From NCBI GenBank assembly GCA_039208735.1, contig JBCCQY010000009.1, positions 1-64,000 on the forward strand: DNA of 64,000 nucleotides, written 5' to 3'. The position numbers were made by a program, and so were the translations under genes. Under the pieces are notes generated by a model, which saw nothing but the letters and a program-made list of their open reading frames with translations, was not told where the DNA came from and searched no databases. Source of the DNA: Myxococcota bacterium (lineage in GTDB: Bacteria > Myxococcota_A > UBA796 > GCA-2862545). Positions 37,272 through 46,324 of the stretch are shown piece after piece (position 1 is the stretch's first letter; each line of letters begins with the position of its first letter).

Positions 37272-40200
37272 ATGTCGCAACTGCCGCATTATCGCTCGAA
37301 ACATCAGATCCGCGTGGTCACTGCAGCGTCGCTGTTCGATGGACATGACGCTGCGATCAATGTGATGCGCCGGATCCTCCAGTCCTCCGGGGCAGAGGTC
37401 ATTCACCTCGGCCACAACCGCGCCGCCCTCGAAGTCGTCGAAGCCGCGATTCACGAGGACGCCCAGGCCATCGCGATCTCGTCGTACCAGGGGGGCCACA
37501 TGGAGTACTTCCGCTACATGCGCACGCTCCTCGATGAACGAGGAGCCAAGCATGTGCGGATCTTCGGCGGAGGCGGCGGTGTCATCGTTCCGGACGAGAT
37601 CCGGACCCTGCAGGACGAAGGAGCGGTCGATCGCATCTATTCGCCTGAAGACGGCCGGCGCATGGGGCTGCAAGGCTTGATCGACGACTTGCTTCAACGC
37701 AGCGACTTCGATCCGGTCGAGCGTGCACCGGCGACCCTCGAAGCGGTCGAGCAAGGCGACCTTGGAGCGCTGGCGCGGTTCGTGACCCGTGCCGAAGCCG
37801 ATGTGGCCGACCCGGGTAAGCACCTCGAGGAGATTCACCGGGAAACCCTGGCTCGCTGGGGTTCCAAAGCCGTTCCGGTCTTGGGCATCACGGGCACGGG
37901 AGGGGCCGGGAAGTCGTCGCTCACCGATGAGTTGCTGCGTCGATTCTTGCTTGACCGGGATGCGATTCGAATCGCGATCCTCTCCATCGATCCCACCCGC
38001 AAGCGCACCGGTGGGGCCTTGCTCGGCGACCGCATCCGCATGAACGCCATCAAGGATGGACGCATCTTCATGCGGTCGTTGGCCACTCGAAGTCAACGGG
38101 GTGAGCTTTCGGCCGCGACCGAACCTGTGGTGGCGCTGTGCAAAGGCGCTGGCTTCGACCTGATCATCGTCGAAACCTCGGGCATTGGCCAGGGAGATGC
38201 TGGCATCGTTGAGACCAGCGACGTGTCGATGTACGTGATGACCCCCGAGTACGGAGCCCCGAGCCAGCTCGAGAAAATCGATATGCTCGACTACGCCGAT
38301 CTGGTTGCCATCAACAAATTCGAGAAACGAGGCGCCGAAGATGCGCTGCGCGACGTTCGCAAGCAGGTCCGGCGAAACCGAGGCCTGTGGGACGCCGAAG
38401 ATGTTGAGCTGCCGGTGTACGGCACCATTGCATCGCGGTTTGCCGACGACGGGGTGGATGCGCTCTACGTCGCGCTGGTCGGAGCGCTCGCCCGGGTGAC
38501 GGACCAGCCCTGGCCCACGCAGGTCTCGGTCGATGACAACACCCGCGCGTCGTCGGCATCACGAGCGCTCATCCCCGGTCCTCGTCAGCGCTACCTCGCG
38601 GAAATCGTCGAGACAGGGCAGCGCTATCGTGCACAGTCTTTTGCCCAGGTGGAGGCGGTCCGGAAGGTTCAGCACCTCGAGACGGCACGAGCGGAACTTG
38701 CCGACACCGAGGCGGCGCCGCTGGTCGAGTCCAAGCTCGACGAAGCCCGGAGCAAGGTTGAACCTGCCGTCGCCGACTATGTTGCGAAGTGGCCTAAGAC
38801 CGTGGCCGCGTTCGCCGGTGACACCTACACCTACACGGTGCGGGGCCGAGAGATTTCACAGCCCGCAAGCCACACCTCGTTGTCGCATCAGCGGATTCCG
38901 CGCATCGCCTTGCCGACCACCCAAGACCATGGCGAGATCGTTCGCTACGGCAGGCTCGAGGGCGTGCCTGGGTCCTTCCCGTTTACCGCCGGGGTATTCG
39001 CTTTGAAGCGGCTCGACGAAGAACCCAAACGCATGTTCGCGGGGGAAGGCGGACCCGCCAAGACCAACGCGCGCTTCCACTACCTGTGCCAGGACGAACC
39101 TGTCTCTCGACTTTCGACCGCCTTCGACTCGGTGACGTTGTACGGCGAAGATCCAGACGAACGGCCCGACATCTTCGGCAAGGTGGGCGAATCGGGCGTG
39201 AGCGTGCCGCACCTCGATGACATGAAGATCTTGTACTCGGGGTTCGACCTTTGCGCGCCCACCACCTCGGTTTCGATGACCATCAACGGTCCCGCTCCCA
39301 TTCTGCTCGCCCTGTTCTTCAACACGGCCATCGATCAACAGGTCGAGAAGTTCGTCGCTGCCCATCAGCGGTCCCCCTCCGAAGAGGAACACCGCGACAT
39401 CGCCGCTCGGGCCGTTCAGTCGGTTCGCGGCACCGTCCAAGCCGACATCCTCAAGGAAGATCAGGCGCAGAACACCTGCATCTTCTCAACCGAGTTTGCC
39501 CTGCGCATGATGGGCGACATTCAAGCGTGGTTCGTCGATCATAAGGTTCGCAACTTCTATTCGGTGAGTATTAGCGGCTACCATATCGCGGAGGCCGGCG
39601 CGAACCCCATCACTCAGCTCGCGTTTACGCTGGCCAATGGCTTTACGCTCGTTGAGTACTACCTGGCCCGCGGCATGGACATCGACGCCTTTGCGCCAAA
39701 CCTCTCGTTCTTCTTCAGCAACGGGTTGGACCCCGAGTACACGGTCATCGGGCGCGTGGCGCGGCGAATTTGGTCGGTCGCCATGCGGGAACGCTACGGC
39801 GCCTCGGAGCGCAGTCAGAAGCTGAAGTACCACATCCAGACGAGCGGCCGGTCGCTGCACGCACGTGAGATTCAGTTCAACGACATCCGCACCACCCTGC
39901 AGGCCCTCCTCGCCATCTCGGACCACTGCAACAGCCTGCACACCAACGCCTACGATGAAGCCATCACCACGCCTACCGAGGAGTCGGTCCGCCGTGCCAT
40001 GGCGATTCAGATGATCATCAACCGCGAACTTGGGCTTGCGAAGAACGAAAATCCACTTCAAGGCAGCTACTTCGTCGAGTACTTGACCGACATGGTGGAA
40101 GCAGCGGTTTGGGCCGAGTTCGATCGGCTATCCGACCGGGGTGGCGTGCTGGGGGCGATGGAACTTCAATACCAGCGGTCGCAAATCCAGGAGGAGTCGC

Positions 40201-40535
40201 TGTATTACGAGCGTCTCAAGCACGACGGCACGCTGCCCATCATCGGGGTCAACACCTACCTCGATCCGGCAACCACGTCGGACGACTGGGAGCCGCCCGA
40301 GGTCGAATTGCGTCGGTCCACGAACGACGAGAAGGTCGCCCAAATCGAGTCGGTGCGCGCCTTCCAGAGCAAACACGCCGAGACGGCGCCCGAGGCCCTG
40401 AAGCGTCTGCAGCACGTCGCGTTGTCGGGCGGCAACATCTTTGGCGAACTGATGCAGACCGTTCGGGTGGCGACCCTTGGACAGATCAGCCGAGCGCTGT
40501 ATGCGGTCGGTGGAGAGTATCGAAGGAACCTGTAA
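37272..40535 (+). CDS. icmF: Fused isobutyryl-CoA mutase / MeaB-type GTPase
   Basis: 1087 aa. B12 domain FDGHDAAIN, GTPase GTGGAGKSS and NKFE, mutase RMFAGEG, GTVQADILKE and SISGYH. Confidence 0.96.
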   Translation: MSQLPHYRSKHQIRVVTAASLFDGHDAAINVMRRILQSSGAEVIHLGHNRAALEVVEAAIHEDAQAIAISSYQGGHMEYFRYMRTLLDERGAKHVRIFGGGGGVIVPDEIRTLQDEGAVDRIYSPEDGRRMGLQGLIDDLLQRSDFDPVERAPATLEAVEQGDLGALARFVTRAEADVADPGKHLEEIHRETLARWGSKAVPVLGITGTGGAGKSSLTDELLRRFLLDRDAIRIAILSIDPTRKRTGGALLGDRIRMNAIKDGRIFMRSLATRSQRGELSAATEPVVALCKGAGFDLIIVETSGIGQGDAGIVETSDVSMYVMTPEYGAPSQLEKIDMLDYADLVAINKFEKRGAEDALRDVRKQVRRNRGLWDAEDVELPVYGTIASRFADDGVDALYVALVGALARVTDQPWPTQVSVDDNTRASSASRALIPGPRQRYLAEIVETGQRYRAQSFAQVEAVRKVQHLETARAELADTEAAPLVESKLDEARSKVEPAVADYVAKWPKTVAAFAGDTYTYTVRGREISQPASHTSLSHQRIPRIALPTTQDHGEIVRYGRLEGVPGSFPFTAGVFALKRLDEEPKRMFAGEGGPAKTNARFHYLCQDEPVSRLSTAFDSVTLYGEDPDERPDIFGKVGESGVSVPHLDDMKILYSGFDLCAPTTSVSMTINGPAPILLALFFNTAIDQQVEKFVAAHQRSPSEEEHRDIAARAVQSVRGTVQADILKEDQAQNTCIFSTEFALRMMGDIQAWFVDHKVRNFYSVSISGYHIAEAGANPITQLAFTLANGFTLVEYYLARGMDIDAFAPNLSFFFSNGLDPEYTVIGRVARRIWSVAMRERYGASERSQKLKYHIQTSGRSLHAREIQFNDIRTTLQALLAISDHCNSLHTNAYDEAITTPTEESVRRAMAIQMIINRELGLAKNENPLQGSYFVEYLTDMVEAAVWAEFDRLSDRGGVLGAMELQYQRSQIQEESLYYERLKHDGTLPIIGVNTYLDPATTSDDWEPPEVELRRSTNDEKVAQIESVRAFQSKHAETAPEALKRLQHVALSGGNIFGELMQTVRVATLGQISRALYAVGGEYRRNL

Positions 40536-41173
40536 TGCTTCGGCTGAAACGCTCCACGCGCGCAGGATGGGTTCAGGCGGTGCAGGCCGACCTACCCACC
40601 CTGGTGCTGGATCACGCTCACTGTGAAAAAAAGGCCGCTTCGACGGCCCTGAACTTGATCTTCCGCTATCAAGACCATCCGCATCTCATGGTTCCGCTGT
40701 CGGAGGTGGCTCGGGAGGAGCTGGAGCACTTTGAGCTGGTGCTCGGGTTGCTGTCGGAGCGTGAGTGGCCCTTTGTGCCCCTTGAACCAAGCCCCTATGC
40801 GGGTCTGCTCTATCGGAACGTGCGCAAGGCCGAGCCGCATCGTCTGCTCGACACGTTGCTGGCTTGCGCGCTCATCGAGGCGCGGAGCTGCGAGCGCATG
40901 AAGCGACTGGCCACCGAACTCGAGGATGCTGAACTACGTGCACTGTACGGAAGTTTGCTCGAGAGCGAGGCTCGCCATCATGCGCTGTACGTCGATCTCG
41001 CGCTGCACGACTTCGATCGGCAAACCGTGATGACCCGGCTCGACGAACTTGCCAACGCCGAGGTTGAAGCGCTTTCGGCGACGCCCTTTCAATTTCGTGT
41101 CCATTCGCTTGCCGAACCCGAGCGGATGCGTTCCCCGGACGCCAACGACATGGGAGAGCGCCGTGCGCCGTGA
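40535..41173 (+). CDS. miaE: tRNA-(ms2io6A37) hydroxylase
   Basis: DHAHCEKKAA, EELEHF, IEARSCER and ESEARH di-iron motifs; TAATG overlap. Confidence 0.93.
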   Translation: MLRLKRSTRAGWVQAVQADLPTLVLDHAHCEKKAASTALNLIFRYQDHPHLMVPLSEVAREELEHFELVLGLLSEREWPFVPLEPSPYAGLLYRNVRKAEPHRLLDTLLACALIEARSCERMKRLATELEDAELRALYGSLLESEARHHALYVDLALHDFDRQTVMTRLDELANAEVEALSATPFQFRVHSLAEPERMRSPDANDMGERRAP

Positions 41174-41795
41174 CCTCACCGACATCACCTTGGTCGTCGA
41201 TCGTAGCGGGTCCATGCAGGCGATTCGCGACGATGCGCAGGGCGGAATCAACGCCCTCATCGCGGACCAAGCCAAGGAACCTGGACAAGCGATCATCACG
41301 CTTGTCGACTTCGACACCGAGTATCGGTTTGTGCATCGGGGGGTTCCGGCCGGCGACATTCCCCCCTACGAACTGGTTCCGCGAGGCTCTACCGCGCTTC
41401 TCGACGCCGTGGGTCGGGCGATCAACGAAACCGGAGCGCGGTTGGCGGAGATGCCCGAGGACGAACGACCCGGTCTTGTGATTTTCGTGGTCTCAACCGA
41501 CGGACACGAGAACTCGAGCCGGGAGTTCGACAAGGACCAGGTGCGCGAGATGATCGAACACCAGCAGTCCGTCTACAATTGGCAGTTCACGTTCTTAGGT
41601 GCGGATGCTGAGGCGTTCGCCGAGGCTGGTGCGATGGGCATCGATCGGACCGGGGTGGCGCAGTACGACCCAAAGAAGGTGGGTTCGGCGTACGTGGGTA
41701 CGAGCGCCAAACTGTCGCGAATGCGGAAGCAGGCGGCGTCAGGCGAAGCCGTTTCCAACGCCTTTACCGCCGAAGAACTCGATGAGATGAACTAA
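41163..41795 (+). CDS. Stand-alone VWA domain protein
   Basis: MIDAS DRSGSM, G.TALLDA and TDG.EN.S. Confidence 0.9.
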   Translation: MRRDLTDITLVVDRSGSMQAIRDDAQGGINALIADQAKEPGQAIITLVDFDTEYRFVHRGVPAGDIPPYELVPRGSTALLDAVGRAINETGARLAEMPEDERPGLVIFVVSTDGHENSSREFDKDQVREMIEHQQSVYNWQFTFLGADAEAFAEAGAMGIDRTGVAQYDPKKVGSAYVGTSAKLSRMRKQAASGEAVSNAFTAEELDEMN

Positions 41796-41797
41796 GC

Positions 41798-42616
41798 CTA
41801 CAGTTCAAAGCAGTCGGCAATGCCGTTCATGTTGAGATCGACGGTGTTGTCGAGTTTGGGGCAGACGTCGCAGTCATCCGGGATGTCATCGAGGTCCCGA
41901 TCCAATCGGTCGTCGGCGCCGGGGCAGACGTCGCAGGCGTCGGGAACGCTGTCCTGGTCTGAATCCAGGAAATTGGGACCGGACGAGCAGACGTCACAGC
42001 CGTCGGGGATGCCGTCAGCGTCGATATCGATCGCATCGTCGGCGTTCGGGCAAGCGTCGCAGTCGTCCGGCACACCATCTGCGTCGCTGTCGACCGTATC
42101 GTCCCCCAGCAGGCAGAGGTCGCAGGCGTCAGGCACGCCATCGCCATCTGCGTCGCTGTCGACGGTAGACGCCTCGCAGACCACTTGGGCCTCCAAGGTC
42201 ACCTCGAACGACGTTCCCTCGGCGCCCTGAACGTTGACCACATCGGTGTACACGCCATAGGTCGGGTCGCGGAGTTCGACCGTCACCGCGATTCGTTCGC
42301 CGGCGGCAAGCTCCAACGGGTTTTCGGGCGAAACGTCCGCATCCACCACGAAGGGGCCAGGGACGGCCGACGTCAGCGCGAGCTGAGTCACCCCCGTTTC
42401 GTTGGCGCAGCGATTCGTGAGGAAGATCGTGTCGCTGATCGGTCCCTCAGCCTCCAGGACCGCGAGGGGCCATTCGCCGAAGTCTACTGACTCTGGCATC
42501 ACTTCGAGGCATTGGACCTCCGGATCTGGGGAGGTCACGGCTGCAGTTTCTGTGGGTTCCTCCTGCACAACACAACCGATGCTGCCTATGAGAAACCAGG
42601 GCACAAACTTGGACAT
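41798..42616 (-). CDS. Lipoprotein with Ig-like domain and thrombospondin type-3 repeats
   Basis: SIGC lipobox and about six DxDxDGxPDxCDxC units. Confidence 0.85.
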   Translation of the reverse strand: MSKFVPWFLIGSIGCVVQEEPTETAAVTSPDPEVQCLEVMPESVDFGEWPLAVLEAEGPISDTIFLTNRCANETGVTQLALTSAVPGPFVVDADVSPENPLELAAGERIAVTVELRDPTYGVYTDVVNVQGAEGTSFEVTLEAQVVCEASTVDSDADGDGVPDACDLCLLGDDTVDSDADGVPDDCDACPNADDAIDIDADGIPDGCDVCSSGPNFLDSDQDSVPDACDVCPGADDRLDRDLDDIPDDCDVCPKLDNTVDLNMNGIADCFEL

Positions 42617-42669
42617 AGGGGATCCTCCGCGATCTTGGCAAATCGCATCGTACCACTTGGTCGCGGAGG

Positions 42670-42688
42670 GTCTGCGGTATCCGCAGAC
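42670..42688. promoter_or_regulatory. Perfect inverted repeat in a divergent promoter
   Basis: GTCTGCGG-TAT-CCGCAGAC. Confidence 0.45.
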
Positions 42689-42724
42689 GGAGTGGGTGGG
42701 TCTATGAGGTCCCGAGGAGTCGAC

Positions 42725-44596
42725 GTGACCGACGACAACCCACTCCACCAAGTCGTGCAACGAGCCCAGAAAGGCGATCTCGCCGCGTTCGATGAACTCG
42801 TTCGTGCCTCCCGCACCCGCGCCACCGCGGTTGCGTGGGCGCGGCTGGGTTCGGAAGAGCGCGCCGAAGAGGCCGTTCAAGAGGCTTTCATCGATGCGTG
42901 GCGCCTGCTGCCTACGCTCCGGGAACCCCGGGCGTTTCGAGCCTGGCTGAAGTCGATCGTTCGTAAGCATGCGGACCGTCGAACGCGCCGGGCTCGGCTC
43001 GAGACTGTCCCCCTCGACGAAGGACGGGCGGGACTCGAACCGGGTGAACCGGACGAGGTTGCCACGGTCGTTCGCCAGGCGGTGGCGCAGCTGCCCCCCC
43101 ACCAGCGCAATGTCGTCGAACCCTTCTACCTCCACGGGATGTCCACCAAGGCCATTGCGCAGTCGCTCGGCTGCTCGGTGGCTGCCGTCAAGAAGCGCCT
43201 GTTCGATGCGCGTCGACGGTTGCACCCCCATCTGGAGTCTTGGATGACCGATACCCTTCCCCACGTGGTTCGCGCGTTCGTTGCAGCGCGCACGGGCGAT
43301 TCCGCTCACCTCGCGCAAGCCCTCACCGCCCACCCGGAACTCACGGAGGCCACGGATCCTCCGGACGAGGCTCGCGTCGTCGAACACTACCTGCCGGGCC
43401 ACCCGACGGCCACGCTGCTCCTCACCGCGGTCATCCACGGCCATACGGGCATTGTGGACCAGGTGTTGGCGAGCGGCGCCGACGTCAATGGTGGGCGGCC
43501 GGCGGGAGCGCAAACGCCGCTGATGCTGGCGGTCCTCCAGTCGCGAGGGGAGATGGTCGAACGTCTTCTCGCGGCCGGAGCCGACGTCCATCGAGTGGCG
43601 AATCGGGGCTTCACGGCCTTGCACTTCGCTGCCCTGCGGGCCGATCGAGCCCTGATGGATCGACTCACGGTGGCGGGCGCCAACGTCGAGGCGCGGTCGG
43701 CCAATGGTTGGACGGCGGCGGATTGGCTCGCCCATGCCGAAGCGGTTCCTCGACCTCGTCCCGAGGGGGCGCTGCGGATCGTCGACCCGCACGGCAACGC
43801 GCTCGATGGTGGGCCTCCCTTGGTTACGCCCGAACGGCAGCCGCGGGCGCCAGGTCCCATCGTCGAGACCGGCATTAAGCCCATCGACCTGTGGGCTCCT
43901 CTCGCGAACGGGCGGGTCACGCGCGTCGTCGGGGGACCGTTTGTCGGCAAGACGGTGCTCCTCGCCGAGGTGATGCAGCGCTTCGCGCCGCCCGTACTCG
44001 CGACGTTCCTCGACCGCAGTTGGTCGGTGAAGGACTTCGAGCATGTGCTGCGCGAATGCAACGTTCATCCTGGAGCCCGAATCTTGATTGCCAGCGACCC
44101 GAGCGGGGCCGCTACTTTGGCCCGGAGCGCGCTTGCACATGCCGAAGCACGGGGCTCGATCGTGGTGGCGGATGACCGGCTGATCGAGGAGCTTCGCGCC
44201 GCGAGACCCGGCGTTCCTGTTCTCGCATTCTCCCCGAACGCTCATGAAGTGGACCCGGTGCTCACGGCCGACGCACAGTGGGTGTTGTCGCCCGAACTCG
44301 CCAAGGCTGGCCGATGGCCCGCCATCGACCCTCGCGCGAGTCGTCTTGCCTGGTCGAGGCCACCCGAAGAGAAAGCACTGGTTGAGGCGGCTCGGGCCTT
44401 GTGGGCCGAGTCGGGCCCCCGCGCGGACCGACTCCACGCCTACCTGACCCAGCCCTTTTGGGTAGGGGAGTCCTATACGGGGCTTCCCGGCGTGACCGTG
44501 CCCTGGACGGCGACGCGAGCCGATGTGGCACGGATCGTATCGGGAGCCGTGGATGACCGGCCGGTCGACGAGCTGCGTTATCGCGCGTCGCTCTGA
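42725..44596 (+). CDS. ECF sigma factor fused to ankyrin repeats and an F1-ATPase beta-like domain
   Basis: GAGGAG RBS then GTG. Sigma2 AEEAVQEAF..FRAWL, sigma4 IAQSLGCSVAAVKKRL..AR, ANK TPLMLA and TALHFA, F1-beta ETGIKPIDL, GGPFVGKT, WPAIDP and YLTQPFWVGESYTG. Confidence 0.9.
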   Translation: MTDDNPLHQVVQRAQKGDLAAFDELVRASRTRATAVAWARLGSEERAEEAVQEAFIDAWRLLPTLREPRAFRAWLKSIVRKHADRRTRRARLETVPLDEGRAGLEPGEPDEVATVVRQAVAQLPPHQRNVVEPFYLHGMSTKAIAQSLGCSVAAVKKRLFDARRRLHPHLESWMTDTLPHVVRAFVAARTGDSAHLAQALTAHPELTEATDPPDEARVVEHYLPGHPTATLLLTAVIHGHTGIVDQVLASGADVNGGRPAGAQTPLMLAVLQSRGEMVERLLAAGADVHRVANRGFTALHFAALRADRALMDRLTVAGANVEARSANGWTAADWLAHAEAVPRPRPEGALRIVDPHGNALDGGPPLVTPERQPRAPGPIVETGIKPIDLWAPLANGRVTRVVGGPFVGKTVLLAEVMQRFAPPVLATFLDRSWSVKDFEHVLRECNVHPGARILIASDPSGAATLARSALAHAEARGSIVVADDRLIEELRAARPGVPVLAFSPNAHEVDPVLTADAQWVLSPELAKAGRWPAIDPRASRLAWSRPPEEKALVEAARALWAESGPRADRLHAYLTQPFWVGESYTGLPGVTVPWTATRADVARIVSGAVDDRPVDELRYRASL

Positions 44597-45078
44597 CGGG
44601 TGAGCCGGAGCACGTTCCAGGTGTTTGCACCATGATTGTGGAGGTGCAGCACCAGCGGGGCTCCGACCGCCGCGGCCTGCGGCACGGTGATCAACTCAGC
44701 GTAGGCGGCCGCCACTGACGGAATGGGGACGGTGAGGTCGAGCCACAGCACGCCGTCGACGCTGAAGGCCACATGGGCCTCGGCCTCTTCGAGGGCGGCG
44801 AGATCGTTGTGCCAAAACACGATCTCAACTTCGTCGCCGGCCTCGACCGGGGCCTGCAGCGGTTGCTCGAGCACGACGTAGTTGCAGATGCCGGTATCGA
44901 TCTCAATGGTGGAGCCTTCCACCAAGACGCCTCCAAGTGGGCACTCGGTGGCGTCTTTTCGATGGTCGGGGAATGGGTCGTCCGCCACGGCGGCTTGCCG
45001 CCAACCGTCCATCGTTGCGAGTTCCATCGCCGGACGCCCTTCGCCCGCACAGCCGACCCACCCCAACAGCAAGATCAT
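44578..45078 (-). CDS. Hypothetical lipoprotein
   Basis: WVGC lipobox and C-terminal HLHNHG; ATGA-coupled to the upstream gene. Confidence 0.75.
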   Translation of the reverse strand: MILLLGWVGCAGEGRPAMELATMDGWRQAAVADDPFPDHRKDATECPLGGVLVEGSTIEIDTGICNYVVLEQPLQAPVEAGDEVEIVFWHNDLAALEEAEAHVAFSVDGVLWLDLTVPIPSVAAAYAELITVPQAAAVGAPLVLHLHNHGANTWNVLRLTRQSDAR

Positions 45079-45494
45079 CGGGGCTTTACCAGAACGCTCT
45101 CGGCTCCGTTGAGCAAGATCGCCCGATCTTCACGTCGGTCCCCCGGCATTTGGGTCCAAAGCAAGATGGCCGCCCCGCCGGTTGCGGCGGCTTGGACCGC
45201 CAGCGGAACGGCGAAAAAGTTGCCTCGGTTCGCGAGTCGCACGGTGCCCCACACCTCAAGTGCCGTCAGGCCAGCGAAGCTGAAACGCAGCACATTTCGA
45301 CCTAACCTACGACCCCGCACTCGCCTGCGGGCGTCACTCTTTGCCGCCAACGATCGGATCTCCCTCCAATCGATGGGTTGGCCGTTGGCGTCTTCGTACC
45401 GAGGGTGATCAACCTCATCAAGCGGAGGCACGAGCGGGTCGGAAGGGACCGGGGGAGCCGCCAGGGCCGCCACCGCAAGCAGGGCAGTGATCAC
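45075..45494 (-). CDS. Hypothetical membrane protein
   Basis: Signal peptide plus 2 hydrophobic segments; GTGA-coupled. Confidence 0.7.
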   Translation of the reverse strand: MITALLAVAALAAPPVPSDPLVPPLDEVDHPRYEDANGQPIDWREIRSLAAKSDARRRVRGRRLGRNVLRFSFAGLTALEVWGTVRLANRGNFFAVPLAVQAAATGGAAILLWTQMPGDRREDRAILLNGAESVLVKPR

Positions 45495-46225
45495 CGGCGA
45501 CGGACGCGCCGGGCCGCGGCCACCGCAAACAGGGCCAGCACACCGAACGCCGAGCCCGCGGGCGCCGTGCTGCAGCTGCTGGCGAACACCCGGTAGTAGT
45601 CGGAGGTCAGGTTGTATTGGGCGTCAAACAAGAGATCTGCCGTAGCTTCACCGCCCAAGCCCATCATGGTCAGCGACACGATGTAGGTGCCTTCGTCGGG
45701 AACCTGGAAGTCAGGCTGCCAGTTCTCCGAGGAGAAGACTGGGTTACGGGCGCCCTGGCGCCTCACCGTCCACTCCATGGCCCGCAGGCACCGGGGTTGG
45801 TCCACCGCAGAGCGATTCGAAATTTCGTAGTTGAGTCCACCCTTGTCAACGATGTCGAATTCAGGGCGGGGCGCTCCGCAGATCGTGTAGAACCCAGAGA
45901 GTCGGGTCTTGTTGAGGGGCTCGTCGATTTCGATGTCGCCATCAGGACCTTGGACCACCAGGTCCTTCAATTCGACCGAGATGGTGTAGAGACCTTCGTC
46001 GGCATAGGTGTAGTCGATGGCATCGCCCGTCAGCACGGTGCCATCGCCCATCAACCACTGGGTTTCGGTCCACGCACCGATGGGGTCACCACCAGAGGTG
46101 GCAATCTCCACTTCGCAGGCCACCGTGATGGGGCCGACGTCGGCCGTGGGGCCTTCTGGCGTGCACGTCACATCGAAAAACGGGCTCGTTTGCGCAAGGG
46201 CGGAGGAAACGAGGAGCGGCCACAC
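45491..46225 (-). CDS. PKD-domain surface protein with MYXO-CTERM-like tail
   Basis: W.MGDG...YTY...G.YTIS (PKD); tail SSCSTAP + hydrophobic stretch + RRVRRR. Confidence 0.8.
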   Translation of the reverse strand: MWPLLVSSALAQTSPFFDVTCTPEGPTADVGPITVACEVEIATSGGDPIGAWTETQWLMGDGTVLTGDAIDYTYADEGLYTISVELKDLVVQGPDGDIEIDEPLNKTRLSGFYTICGAPRPEFDIVDKGGLNYEISNRSAVDQPRCLRAMEWTVRRQGARNPVFSSENWQPDFQVPDEGTYIVSLTMMGLGGEATADLLFDAQYNLTSDYYRVFASSCSTAPAGSAFGVLALFAVAAARRVRRR

Positions 46226-46324
46226 GGTCCACCTCAGGGAGTGGGGATCTGTGGGTGCGGTGCACCCGATGTCGAGCGAGTTAACATCGCCACCGCGGAC
46301 AACCGCGGAGGGTAGAGTCGCTCT

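Noticed and set aside
42636..42652. Sigma54 promoter (TTGGCA...) upstream of the ECF fusion
   Set aside because: No GC at the required GG-N10-GC spacing.
42617..44437. N-terminal ~600 aa of the 879-aa minus-strand ORF 41798-44437
   Set aside because: It is the antisense shadow of the ECF fusion. The real TSP3 lipoprotein starts at 42616.
43775..44596. Calling this atpD or part of an ATP synthase operon
   Set aside because: There is no separate start, it is in frame with the sigma and ankyrin regions, it lacks the N-terminal barrel and DELSEED, and no other atp genes are present.
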